Below, one piece after another: positions 18,398 through 26,916 of a DNA stretch of 64,000 nt. The stretch is from positions 5,593 to 69,592 of the forward strand of contig SKTZ01000029.1 of assembly GCA_007122335.1 (NCBI GenBank), in the 5' to 3' direction. A program made the translations under genes and the position numbers. A model generated the notes under the pieces. It did not search any database. It worked only from the letters and a program-made list of their open reading frames with translations, and was not told where the DNA came from. The DNA is from Bacillota bacterium (GTDB lineage: Bacteria > Bacillota > Halanaerobiia > B1SED10-174). The first letter of the stretch is position 1. Every line of letters begins with the position of its first letter.

Positions 18398-19403
18398 TTA
18401 ACTTTTCTCCCTTCGTCTCTTTTTTATGAATAAGCATATCTACAAAGGCTTCAAGACGGGTCAAAATTCCAGCTTCCCCGGAATGTTCATCAATACTAAC
18501 TGTAAGGAAAGGGAGTTGATTGTGGTTTTTGGCCTCAAGTTCAAGTAATTTATTGAGCATGGCGTCAGGTCCACAACCAAAAGCAGTTACATGGATTATA
18601 CCGTCTATGTTTTTTGCTTTTTCAATCAAGTGGAGAGCACTCCATGCAGCCCGGTTGCTGTAATACCAGAAGAAATTCTGAGGTAAGCGCCGGGACATTT
18701 TTCGCAAGCTATTGTTGGCAATGTTTTCGGGGGTGATAATCCCGATACCTATTTTCCGGAGGTTTTGCAGAAGATTTCCACTTATATAGGGGTCAAATAT
18801 TGAATAGGGGTAACCAACTACAGCAAGGGTTATTTTTTCCTTTCCAGGCCGGGGAAATTCAATATCCTTTAAAGGGGTATGTAGTTTTTCCAGAGCTTCG
18901 GAGGGAAAAAACCCCTTGCTTAAAAGATAATGGTATTTTTTGTGGATTTGCCCGGCTTTTAAATAACCCCGGATAATAGTTGTTTTTTTTGCAGAAAATT
19001 TAGTCCCAATTTTATATAGAAAGCCAAAAAGAGAGGCCCGAAACCTTCTGACCCGGAAAGTGGTATTAATAATCGGGGGGAGATCTTCCCGGGAAAACTT
19101 AACCATGTCAGGGAGCCCTAAAAACTTCGGGCAAAAAGTGCTTTTCCCATCCGCGCTCACCAAGCGGGGGATGAAGAGGAAGTCGACCTTGTTTTTCAGG
19201 GCCATGACGTGTCCGTGGTACAATTTTATCGGGACACAGGCGTCATTAACTGTTTCCTGGACACCCAGGTCCAGTATTTTTTTATTTGTAGGAGGGGATA
19301 AAACCACTTCTAAACCGAGTTCTTCTAAGAAGGTTTTCCAGAGAGGGTAAAAAGTATAATAAGCAAGAGTTCTTGGAATTCCTATTTTTACCATGATTTT
19401 CAC
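18375..19403 (-). CDS. activase-associated DUF2229-like protein
   Basis: Sequence pattern (IGIPRTLAYYTFYPLWKTFLEELG...) resembles the uncharacterised domain of acyl-CoA dehydratase activase-related proteins. Overlaps the downstream gene by 23 nt. Confidence 0.5.
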   Translation of the reverse strand: MKIMVKIGIPRTLAYYTFYPLWKTFLEELGLEVVLSPPTNKKILDLGVQETVNDACVPIKLYHGHVMALKNKVDFLFIPRLVSADGKSTFCPKFLGLPDMVKFSREDLPPIINTTFRVRRFRASLFGFLYKIGTKFSAKKTTIIRGYLKAGQIHKKYHYLLSKGFFPSEALEKLHTPLKDIEFPRPGKEKITLAVVGYPYSIFDPYISGNLLQNLRKIGIGIITPENIANNSLRKMSRRLPQNFFWYYSNRAAWSALHLIEKAKNIDGIIHVTAFGCGPDAMLNKLLELEAKNHNQLPFLTVSIDEHSGEAGILTRLEAFVDMLIHKKETKGEKLSEGIPGN

Positions 19404-19579
19404 CCCGAGTCCAGAAATTAGAATTCAATGACCTTTTAAAAGTTCTTTTTCAGGAAAGCTTTCTCCTTCTCCGGCCGGCAATCTTTAAACTATAATAAAG
19501 GAAATATTGAAGAGAAAGAAGGTGGTAAAAGAAAAAAGCCGAAAGATATGTTACAAAAAAAACCAGGAGGAGGGTTAAG

Positions 19580-20155
19580 GTGAAAGAAAAGCCAGTATAC
19601 TCAGAAAACCTTAAATTGCCATATGCCATAATAATGAAGCCAATATTTGGGTTATTATGCATGGGTTTTTTCGGGCTTTTCTGGTACCAAAGGTATGCGG
19701 ACCCTCTTCTTCCAGAAGCAATCCCCAACTGGATAAACTTAATATTATCAATTCTTCTGCTCCGATTTTTCTTGCTTGCCTTGAACTTCTCTACTCTTCA
19801 TCTGGAAATTACAAGCCGTGGAATTTTAATCAGCTTTGGCCTGATCAAAAGAAACATTGAGTGGAAATTCATTGAGGACTGCAGGATTTTACAGGGCCGG
19901 TTCCGGGCGATCTGGTGGAGGCTGCCTCTGGACCGGTCGGGAGGGAAGTGGCGCAATGTTTTCCAGATCCCTGGGTATCCCCAGATTTCCCTGAGGGTTA
20001 AAAAGCAGAGGTTTATCGAAGTGATTTTTTCCACCCGGGAACCGGAGAAAGTAAAAAGAATAATTGAATATTTCTTTACAGAATTAACTTCGAACGGGGG
20101 AAGTAATGTCCCGGGGAGTGAAGTAGTTGGTCCCCCAAACTCCGATAATTATTAA
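19580..20155 (+). CDS. hypothetical membrane protein, possibly bacterial PH-domain-like
   Basis: GTG start after AGGAGGAGGG. Two N-terminal TM helices. The 3' end overlaps the convergent EamA gene by ~70 nt, so the true stop is uncertain. Confidence 0.35.
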   Translation: MKEKPVYSENLKLPYAIIMKPIFGLLCMGFFGLFWYQRYADPLLPEAIPNWINLILSILLLRFFLLALNFSTLHLEITSRGILISFGLIKRNIEWKFIEDCRILQGRFRAIWWRLPLDRSGGKWRNVFQIPGYPQISLRVKKQRFIEVIFSTREPEKVKRIIEYFFTELTSNGGSNVPGSEVVGPPNSDNY

Positions 20156-21010
20156 AATAGCTCCAAGAAAGTGAAACCAGTAAAGACTTTCCCCCAGTAT
20201 TACCACTCCAGAAGTTACTGCAATTAGTGTAGTCAGGCTGGGGAAAGCGCTGACCTGGGAAGCGGGTAAACGGGAAAGGGTAAAATTAATTAGAAAAAAT
20301 GCTACCACTGAGGAGAAAATCGCCAGGTAAAGAATGGCGGAAATAACGATTGGTTCTCCTAAAGGGAGCAGAAACTGATCAAGCCTTCCCCTGAAGAAGT
20401 GCATAATCAGACTCAAACCCAAAAAGAAAACCGCCCCAACATTCATCATAATATAGGTTAACTCAATGGGCTTGAAACTTCGGGAAAAATAGCGGGACAG
20501 ATTGCTGAAGGCGCCTCCAGAAAGGGGGGCGCCAAGGAGGATTAAAAGGCCAATAAAATTTCTTCCAATTTCCTGGGTAGCCTGCATATAACCGATCAGA
20601 AGTACCCCTGAAACTGAGAGTATTATGGAAATTACCTGGGGTATAGCAGGCCTTTCCTTGAGGAAAATAGCAGCTATGCTCACGGTGAAAATTGGAATTA
20701 AAGCAACCATCATTCCTCCTTCTGAAGCACTTGTCATCTGGATACCAATAGTTTCGCAAACGAAATAAAGAACTGGCTGGAAAAAAGCTAAGAGCATAAT
20801 TTCGCGCCAGCGCCGCAAGGGAATATTAATTTTTATTACTCCAACCCAGCGCAGGATGTTTACAACGAGAGCCGCCAGGAAAAAGCGGAATCCAAGAAAA
20901 TGAATTGGTTCAATGTGTTCCAAGGCACTGCGGGTAAAAATGAAAGAGAAACCGAAGAAAAAAGCCATTCCAATTGCCGCGGCGATTGCCGGGTAGTCTC
21001 TGTTTGACAT
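20084..21010 (-). CDS. EamA/DMT-superfamily transporter
   Basis: Ten predicted TM segments and tandem EamA-type repeats (GMAFFFGFSFIFTRSALEHIEP). Confidence 0.7.
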   Translation of the reverse strand: MSNRDYPAIAAAIGMAFFFGFSFIFTRSALEHIEPIHFLGFRFFLAALVVNILRWVGVIKINIPLRRWREIMLLAFFQPVLYFVCETIGIQMTSASEGGMMVALIPIFTVSIAAIFLKERPAIPQVISIILSVSGVLLIGYMQATQEIGRNFIGLLILLGAPLSGGAFSNLSRYFSRSFKPIELTYIMMNVGAVFFLGLSLIMHFFRGRLDQFLLPLGEPIVISAILYLAIFSSVVAFFLINFTLSRLPASQVSAFPSLTTLIAVTSGVVILGESLYWFHFLGAILIIIGVWGTNYFTPRDITSPVRS

Positions 21011-21090
21011 TAGCTGGCACCTCACATATACTGGTTAATAATTTGTTTTCAATAATTATGGCAACTTTCCTTTTTTTGGATTGGTTTTAG

Positions 21091-21645
21091 TTGGTTTTGC
21101 CTGATTTTTTTGTGTTGAAGGGAGCGATTTTTTTGTGGCAAAAGGTAGTAAAGGACCCGAAATTAATTCTTTTGGTCATGGTTATTTTTTTTACGATAAT
21201 ATTCCTGTGGGACAGAGGATTTGATCCCGAAGGAATTTTTATTCCGCCTGATTTAGAGCCAGGAATGGAATTCACCGACTACCGGGACAGTGAGAAATTT
21301 AACCTGGATCTGGAAGTGCTGGTTATTGAAGAGGGAGAAAATCTATACAGTTTCAACTGGATTCTGGAAGTTGAACCCCTGATTGAAACACCTGGACTGG
21401 AAATTTACGGGATGTTGCCCCTAGAACTTGAAGACTACCACGCCGGGGAAGAAATTTTTCCCACCTGGCTTCGCCAGGAAGAAAATCAAGAACCTTTTTT
21501 AGATGAACACCGACTACTATTAATTGAGGATGCAAGTAAAGAGAGAATCGCTGAACTTGCAGGGTGGGTAAAAATCCTGATTTTCTGGGAAGATGGAGAC
21601 GAGTTTTTGGAAATCGAACTACCTAGTGAAGAAATAGACTGGTAG
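21091..21645 (+). CDS. hypothetical acidic protein
   Basis: ORF track only. Glu/Asp-rich. No recognisable domain. Confidence 0.3.
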   Translation: MVLPDFFVLKGAIFLWQKVVKDPKLILLVMVIFFTIIFLWDRGFDPEGIFIPPDLEPGMEFTDYRDSEKFNLDLEVLVIEEGENLYSFNWILEVEPLIETPGLEIYGMLPLELEDYHAGEEIFPTWLRQEENQEPFLDEHRLLLIEDASKERIAELAGWVKILIFWEDGDEFLEIELPSEEIDW

Positions 21646-21772
21646 AGAAAATTTTTTATCGGGGTTAAAACAAAACCTCGATTTGATTTTATTAGTCTTT
21701 TGTAAGGAAAAAAGAAGCAGAGATTAAATTAAAAGAGTTAAATTTTTCTAATCAGAAAATATGAAAAACAAA

Positions 21773-21813
21773 GGTCAAAAAAGGTCAAAAAACAGATTTG
21801 ACCTACTTTGACT
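21773..21813 (+). promoter_or_regulatory. two CtsR operator boxes in opposite orientation
   Basis: GGTCAAA-AAA-GGTCAAA (21773-21789) matches the CtsR heptad direct repeat A/GGTCAAA-NAN-A/GGTCAAA. TTTGACC-TAC-TTTGACT (21797-21813) is a second, inverted copy. Confidence 0.55.
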
Positions 21814-21826
21814 TTCTTGCTATGAT
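21798..21826 (+). promoter_or_regulatory. sigma-A promoter of hsp20, overlapped by the CtsR boxes
   Basis: TTGACC - 17 nt - TATGAT, 33 nt upstream of the hsp20 ATG. Confidence 0.55.
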
Positions 21827-21858
21827 TAAATTGAAAAATAACTGGGGAGGTGAAAAAT

Positions 21859-22287
21859 ATGCGTGGAATGTTACCTTTCCGTGGAAGGATAGGGCCCCGT
21901 CGCAGACGAGAAGATCTCGTGGATGTTTTTGACGAATTTTTTGCTCCAGATTTTGGGAATAGAGGAATGTCTACGGATATTCAGGAAACTGATGAAGCCT
22001 ACCTGATGGAAATTGAACTCCCGGGTTATGACAAGGATAATATTGAAATTGAACTTAAAGATAATCTGCTTACCATCACTGCAAAAAAAGATGAAGAATT
22101 TGAGGAAGAAAAGCAAAACTATATTCACAAGGAAAGAAAAAGGGGAACTTTCCAGAGGTGTTTTAGCATTGACCAAAACGTTGATCCGGAAATAATCGAA
22201 GCTGAGTTTAAAAACGGGATCTTGAACCTAAAATTACCCAAAAAACAAAAGGGAAATGGTGATAGGAGAACAATTGATATTAAATAA
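21859..22287 (+). CDS. Hsp20/alpha-crystallin family small heat-shock protein
   Basis: Alpha-crystallin domain (DIQETDEAYLMEIELPGYDKDNIEIELKDNLLTITAKK). ATG 21859 six nt after GGAGGTG. Confidence 0.85.
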   Translation: MRGMLPFRGRIGPRRRREDLVDVFDEFFAPDFGNRGMSTDIQETDEAYLMEIELPGYDKDNIEIELKDNLLTITAKKDEEFEEEKQNYIHKERKRGTFQRCFSIDQNVDPEIIEAEFKNGILNLKLPKKQKGNGDRRTIDIK

Positions 22288-22316
22288 AGGCCTGCAGTCC
22301 GCAGGCCTTTATTTAT
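22288..22316 (+). terminator. rho-independent terminator
   Basis: AGGCCTGC-AGTCC-GCAGGCCT perfect 8-bp hairpin followed by TTATTTAT. Confidence 0.65.
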
Positions 22317-22383
22317 GAAGCAGGATTTTCCTTTTTGTAAACAGAAACTATACTTTAAAAGCAAAATTGAAAGGAGGTTTAAG

Positions 22384-23493
22384 GTGTTTAAAAATGCGAT
22401 TCAAATAGGGAAGCTGTGGGGAATTCCCCTCAGGCTTCATTATAGTTTTTTGATAATATTGCCTTTTTTGGCCTGGGCTTTTGGGAACAATATCAGGGCA
22501 CTGGCTGAACTCGCGGGGATTCCTTTAACAAGCCTAGGGGCCAACCCCTATTTTTTAGGGTTCCTGATGGCAATTGCTTTATTTACCAGTGTTGCCCTGC
22601 ATGAGCTTTCCCATTCTTTAGTTGCTCGGAAAAAAGGAGTCCATATTCATTCTATTAATTTAATGCTTTTCGGGGGAGTAGCTCAGATGGATGAAATTCC
22701 CGAAGACCCAAAAGATGAGGCCATGATAGCATTTGCTGGTCCTATTTTAAGCCTTGTCCTGGGCGGAATTTTAATTGGCGGTGCTACCCTTTTTAGGGGA
22801 GTTATTGTGGCGGATATGCAGCTAATGTTCCTTTACCTGGGGTGGATGAACCTATTCCTTGCAGTTTTCAATTTAATACCAGCCTTTCCTACCGATGGAG
22901 GCCGGGTTTTAAGGGCTATCCTGGCCGGGAGAATGCCTTTTTTACAGGCAACCAAAATTGCCGCTACTATTGGTAAAGGATTCGCTTTTGCTTTCGGGAT
23001 CCTGGGGCTTTTAACTGCTAACTTTATCCTGGTCTTTATTGCATTTTTTATCTATATTGGGGCCAGTCAGGAGTACCAGACCCTTTTTATTAAAAATACC
23101 CTGGAAGGTTTCCGGGTTTCGGATTTAATGACTGAGGATGTGAAAGTTGTTGATGAAGAGACCGTGGTATCTGAATTGGTGGACCGAATGTTTGTTGAGA
23201 GGCATTCCGGGTACCCGGTTACAAGAAACGGAGAAGTAATCGGTCTTGTGACCATGGGAGATGTTAGAAGGGTTGAACCAGAGATGCAGTCCCAGACCAG
23301 GGTTCGGGAAATCATGTCCTCGAATATAATCAAGGCTGATCCAAATGAGGATATTTACCTGGCTCTCCGCAGAATGTCCCAGGAAGATGTGGGGCGCTTG
23401 ATGGTTATGAAGGGGGGCCAACTGGTGGGGATAATAACCCGTTCGGACATAATGAAAGGATTCCGACTGAGGGAAATGCAAAGCGGGACTTAA
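22384..23493 (+). CDS. site-2 protease family (peptidase M50) zinc metalloprotease with tandem CBS domains
   Basis: HELSHSL (HExxH) sits in a TM region. C-terminal CBS pair. GTG 22384 lies six nt after AAGGAGG. The track ATG 22315 lacks an RBS and sits inside the hsp20 terminator. Confidence 0.7.
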   Translation: MFKNAIQIGKLWGIPLRLHYSFLIILPFLAWAFGNNIRALAELAGIPLTSLGANPYFLGFLMAIALFTSVALHELSHSLVARKKGVHIHSINLMLFGGVAQMDEIPEDPKDEAMIAFAGPILSLVLGGILIGGATLFRGVIVADMQLMFLYLGWMNLFLAVFNLIPAFPTDGGRVLRAILAGRMPFLQATKIAATIGKGFAFAFGILGLLTANFILVFIAFFIYIGASQEYQTLFIKNTLEGFRVSDLMTEDVKVVDEETVVSELVDRMFVERHSGYPVTRNGEVIGLVTMGDVRRVEPEMQSQTRVREIMSSNIIKADPNEDIYLALRRMSQEDVGRLMVMKGGQLVGIITRSDIMKGFRLREMQSGT

Positions 23494-23561
23494 AATTATC
23501 TCCAGTAAATATTGAGGGTTGCAAAACGAATCGATAAATGTTAATATGGCGATAAAGGAAT

Positions 23562-24746
23562 ATGATGGGGAGTGAGAGTATGGATCAGAAAAAGAAATTG
23601 CTCCTTTTTGTTGGTGCCTTTATCGTCATTTATTTTCTTCCAGTGGAAAGTATGCGCTTTCAGGAGGCAACCATAGAGGCTTTTGCCCTGCTCCGTTATT
23701 ATGCCCGGGAACACGTGCTTTTTTGCCTGATTCCGGCCTTTTTTATAGCCGGGGCGATTGCAAACTTCATTTCCCAGGGAGCAATAATTAAATATTTTGG
23801 CCAGAAGGCCAAGAAGTGGGTTTCTTATTCTATTGCTTCAGTTTCAGGAATGGTTCTGGCTGTTTGTTCCTGCACGGTATTACCCTTATTTGCAGGGATT
23901 TATCAGCGAGGAGCTGGGATAGGACCCGCAGTTGCTTTTCTCTATTCTGGGCCGGCCATTAATGTGCTGGCGATTATTCTGACGGCCCGGGTCCTGGGCT
24001 GGCAGCTCGGTCTGGCCAGAGCCGTGGGAGCTATAGTTTTTGCAATTGTAATCGGTTTATTGATGGCCTTTTTCTTCCGCAGGGAAGACAAAGAGCGTTT
24101 GGAAGGTGATTTTGACCTGGAAACTGAAGATGGAAAACCACTGGGGCAAAGAGTTGCTTTCCTTTTCAACCTGGTCTTAATTCTTATTTTTGCCGCCTGG
24201 GGCAGGCCCGAAGAGGCCACGGGTTTCTGGTTGTTAATAGCTGAATACAAATGGGTTTTCGCTGGAATTTTGCTTGTAATTTTAGGTGCGATGTTGTATA
24301 AGTGGTTTGAAAAAGACGAGATGAAATTATGGGTCAGCTCTACCTGGGATTTTGCCCAGCAGATTCTTCCGCTCCTTTTTGCCGGAGTCTTTATCGCGGG
24401 ATTTTTGATGGGAAGGCCCGAAAGTGAGGCTGGCTTAATTCCTGCCCATTATATTGAGAATTTAGTTGGGGGCAATTCCCTTACCGCAAATATGATTGCC
24501 TCAGTAATTGGTGCCTTTATGTATTTTGCGACACTGACAGAGGTTCCTATTCTCCAGGGACTTATTGGTTCAGGAATGGGAAATGGGCCGGCGTTAGCTC
24601 TTCTCCTCGCGGGGCCAGCTCTCAGCCTGCCCAATATGCTGGTTATTCACAGTGTTATTGGCACGAAAAAGACCCTGACCTTTGTGGTCCTGGTGGTTAC
24701 TATGGCCACAATTGCAGGGATGATTTATGGTAATATAGTAATCTAA
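23562..24746 (+). CDS. permease of the DUF318/UPF0718 family (ArsP-like predicted permease)
   Basis: Conserved SVSGMVLAVCSCTVLPLFAGIYQRGAGIGPAVAFLYSGPAINV segment. Start may be ATG 23580. Confidence 0.6.
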   Translation: MMGSESMDQKKKLLLFVGAFIVIYFLPVESMRFQEATIEAFALLRYYAREHVLFCLIPAFFIAGAIANFISQGAIIKYFGQKAKKWVSYSIASVSGMVLAVCSCTVLPLFAGIYQRGAGIGPAVAFLYSGPAINVLAIILTARVLGWQLGLARAVGAIVFAIVIGLLMAFFFRREDKERLEGDFDLETEDGKPLGQRVAFLFNLVLILIFAAWGRPEEATGFWLLIAEYKWVFAGILLVILGAMLYKWFEKDEMKLWVSSTWDFAQQILPLLFAGVFIAGFLMGRPESEAGLIPAHYIENLVGGNSLTANMIASVIGAFMYFATLTEVPILQGLIGSGMGNGPALALLLAGPALSLPNMLVIHSVIGTKKTLTFVVLVVTMATIAGMIYGNIVI

Positions 24747-24761
24747 AGGAGGCTGATACCA

Positions 24762-24992
24762 GTGAAAATTGAAGTAATGGGTCCCGGCTGTCCCCGTTGC
24801 CGCCAGACCAAAGAAGCAGTAGAAAAAGCTTTGAAAAACAAAAATATTTCTGCGCAGGTTGAGCACATCTCGGAGATGAAAGCTTTTTCTCAGAGAGGGG
24901 TAATGATGACTCCTGCGGTATTTATTGATGGAGAGAAAAAAATAGAGGGTCGGGTGCCCACAGTTAAAGAAATTGAAGACTGGCTTGATTAA
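24762..24992 (+). CDS. small thioredoxin-fold protein (redox-active disulfide protein 2 family)
   Basis: CPRC active-site motif near the N-terminus. 76 aa. GTG start after AAGGAGG. Confidence 0.7.
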   Translation: MKIEVMGPGCPRCRQTKEAVEKALKNKNISAQVEHISEMKAFSQRGVMMTPAVFIDGEKKIEGRVPTVKEIEDWLD

Positions 24993-25016
24993 AGGGGCGT
25001 AAGCCCCTGTTTTTTA
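24993..25016. terminator. bidirectional rho-independent terminator
   Basis: AGGGGC-GTAA-GCCCCT hairpin followed by a T-run. It lies between convergent genes. Confidence 0.7.
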
Positions 25017-25017
25017 T

Positions 25018-25782
25018 TTAAAGGTCTTTAATATTGTCAAGGACTTCCACCGCCTTTTTATAACCAAGTTCGATCAATTCCCGGGTTTTATTTAAATCCC
25101 ACATCCCTACTTCCTGGAGATCAGGCACTATTAGATATTTTGCCAGGCTGGCGTCCTCAGTTTCCCGATAGCGGTTGACCATGTACAGACTCTGGTAGAT
25201 AACCTCAAAAATATTCCGGGGGGATCTTTCCGGACTGCGGTGGGCATTTACATCAACCGCCAGAACGGTTTCCACCCTGCGTTCAAAAAGGGGAATGGTG
25301 GGGATGTTATGCAGGACTCCGCCATCAACGAGTGTTTTATTATTTCGCTGCACGGGAAAAAAGATTCCAGGAATGGCACAACTCCCCCTGATGGCACTCA
25401 TCAAATCGCCTTCTTCAATAAAGAGAGGGCAGTGATTTTCCAGGTCAACAGCAATAACAATAAGGGGAATTTTAAGATCCGCAAAGATTTTTCCGCTCAG
25501 ATAATCACCCAGCATTCGGTCCAAAAACTCGATATCAATTAATCCCAGGCGGGGGAATCTTATCCGGGAATAACGGAAAATTTTCCGCCAGTTCATATTC
25601 AGGGCAATTTCCTCCATTTCGCCGGGAGAATAACCTGCACAGTAAAGCCCTCCAACTATGCTTCCGGCACTTGTTCCGGCGATAATGTCCGGTTTAATTT
25701 TTCTTTTTTCCAGGTACTTAAGTACGCCAATGTGGGCAATTCCCCGGGCTGCCCCCCCACTTAAAGCCAGACCCAGTTGCAT
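25018..25782 (-). CDS. patatin-like phospholipase
   Basis: GGAARG oxyanion motif and GTSAG (GxSxG) nucleophile motif. Confidence 0.8.
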   Translation of the reverse strand: MQLGLALSGGAARGIAHIGVLKYLEKRKIKPDIIAGTSAGSIVGGLYCAGYSPGEMEEIALNMNWRKIFRYSRIRFPRLGLIDIEFLDRMLGDYLSGKIFADLKIPLIVIAVDLENHCPLFIEEGDLMSAIRGSCAIPGIFFPVQRNNKTLVDGGVLHNIPTIPLFERRVETVLAVDVNAHRSPERSPRNIFEVIYQSLYMVNRYRETEDASLAKYLIVPDLQEVGMWDLNKTRELIELGYKKAVEVLDNIKDL

Positions 25783-25946
25783 GGTCTTTACCTCCTTTCT
25801 TGATACTATTTTGTTTTATCTTAAGAAAATCCTTTTCCAGGTTAGCAAAAACCCCGGGCTTTCCTTTGCAGGGTTATTTCTTCAAGACCAAAATATGTTA
25901 TAATATACTGGAAAAAATGTGAATTAGTAAAAGGAGGTTTCTCTTT

Positions 25947-26615
25947 TTGCAGCAAGAACTTTATCAGGAAAGTAAAAGATATGCCTTAAAGAGATTACAG
26001 GAAGAGGCAGATTATATTAAAAGCCGGGGCCTTTCGACGGTGTTTCATTACCGGAAAGAACACACCCTTACCGTTGTAGGTTTGGCCAGAAAAATTGCGG
26101 AAAAGACGGGGGCGGATATGTTAACCTGCGAAGTGGGAGCATGGTTTCATGACCTGGGAAAATGTTACGACTCCCGGCTTTCCCCTGAAGATAATCGGAA
26201 GCGACAAAAGAATCACGGCTTATATGGAGCCGAAGAAGCCAGGGAATTCCTCTCCCAAAAAAAAGCCGATCCTGATTTTATTGAAGAAGTTTATATTGCA
26301 ATAAAGGAACATGTTGGTCTGACCAGAAAAGAAAATAAACCCATGACTCCCCTTTCAGCCGCAGTAATCTGGGATGCTGATAAATTGAGCAAAATTGGCT
26401 GGAGTGCGTGGCTTCATTTTCTTGCCTATACCTGCAATAGAGAGAGAGAAGAGCAGAGTCTCCTGGAGCTGTTACATCGGGATGGGTTGGAAACCATGGA
26501 AATGATTTTTAGAAATTTAAATACGGAAATCGCCAAAAAGATGGCAGAAAAAAGGCTTGAAAATTATCAAAAAAACCTTTTGCATATGGAAGGCGTTTTA
26601 CGTGGGGAAATATAA
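25947..26615 (+). CDS. HD-domain phosphohydrolase
   Basis: HD motif (EVGAWFHDLGK). TTG start nine nt after AAGGAGG. Confidence 0.65.
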   Translation: MQQELYQESKRYALKRLQEEADYIKSRGLSTVFHYRKEHTLTVVGLARKIAEKTGADMLTCEVGAWFHDLGKCYDSRLSPEDNRKRQKNHGLYGAEEAREFLSQKKADPDFIEEVYIAIKEHVGLTRKENKPMTPLSAAVIWDADKLSKIGWSAWLHFLAYTCNREREEQSLLELLHRDGLETMEMIFRNLNTEIAKKMAEKRLENYQKNLLHMEGVLRGEI

Positions 26616-26636
26616 AGAAGAAGAAGGAGGTCTGAA

Positions 26637-26915
26637 ATGTTTTTGAATATAACCTCTCTTGAACTTTTTATGATGCTGGCAATTATTCTGGCTGGCGGAC
26701 TGCTTTTGGTATTTGTTTATCAGGCTTACAAGGGCCGGGGTCGGGGTGAAGAATTACTGCCTATTGGTATAGTTTTGCTATCGGCTGTAGTTATTATTGA
26801 TAAGCTTTTTTTCTCCCAACGGGATTTTTTGGACTGGATGACGATAATTGTTTTTGTTATAGGAGCTATTGCTGGAATAAAGATGATTTTAAAACCAAAA
26901 GAAAGGAGGAATTGA
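26637..26915 (+). CDS. small membrane protein
   Basis: ORF track. Three hydrophobic segments. RBS GAAGGAGG. Confidence 0.4.
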   Translation: MFLNITSLELFMMLAIILAGGLLLVFVYQAYKGRGRGEELLPIGIVLLSAVVIIDKLFFSQRDFLDWMTIIVFVIGAIAGIKMILKPKERRN

Positions 26916-26916
26916 A

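Noticed and set aside
22315-22383. ATG 22315 as start of the site-2 protease
   Set aside because: It lies inside the hsp20 terminator hairpin and has no RBS. GTG 22384 is six nt after AAGGAGG and gives a typical N-terminus.
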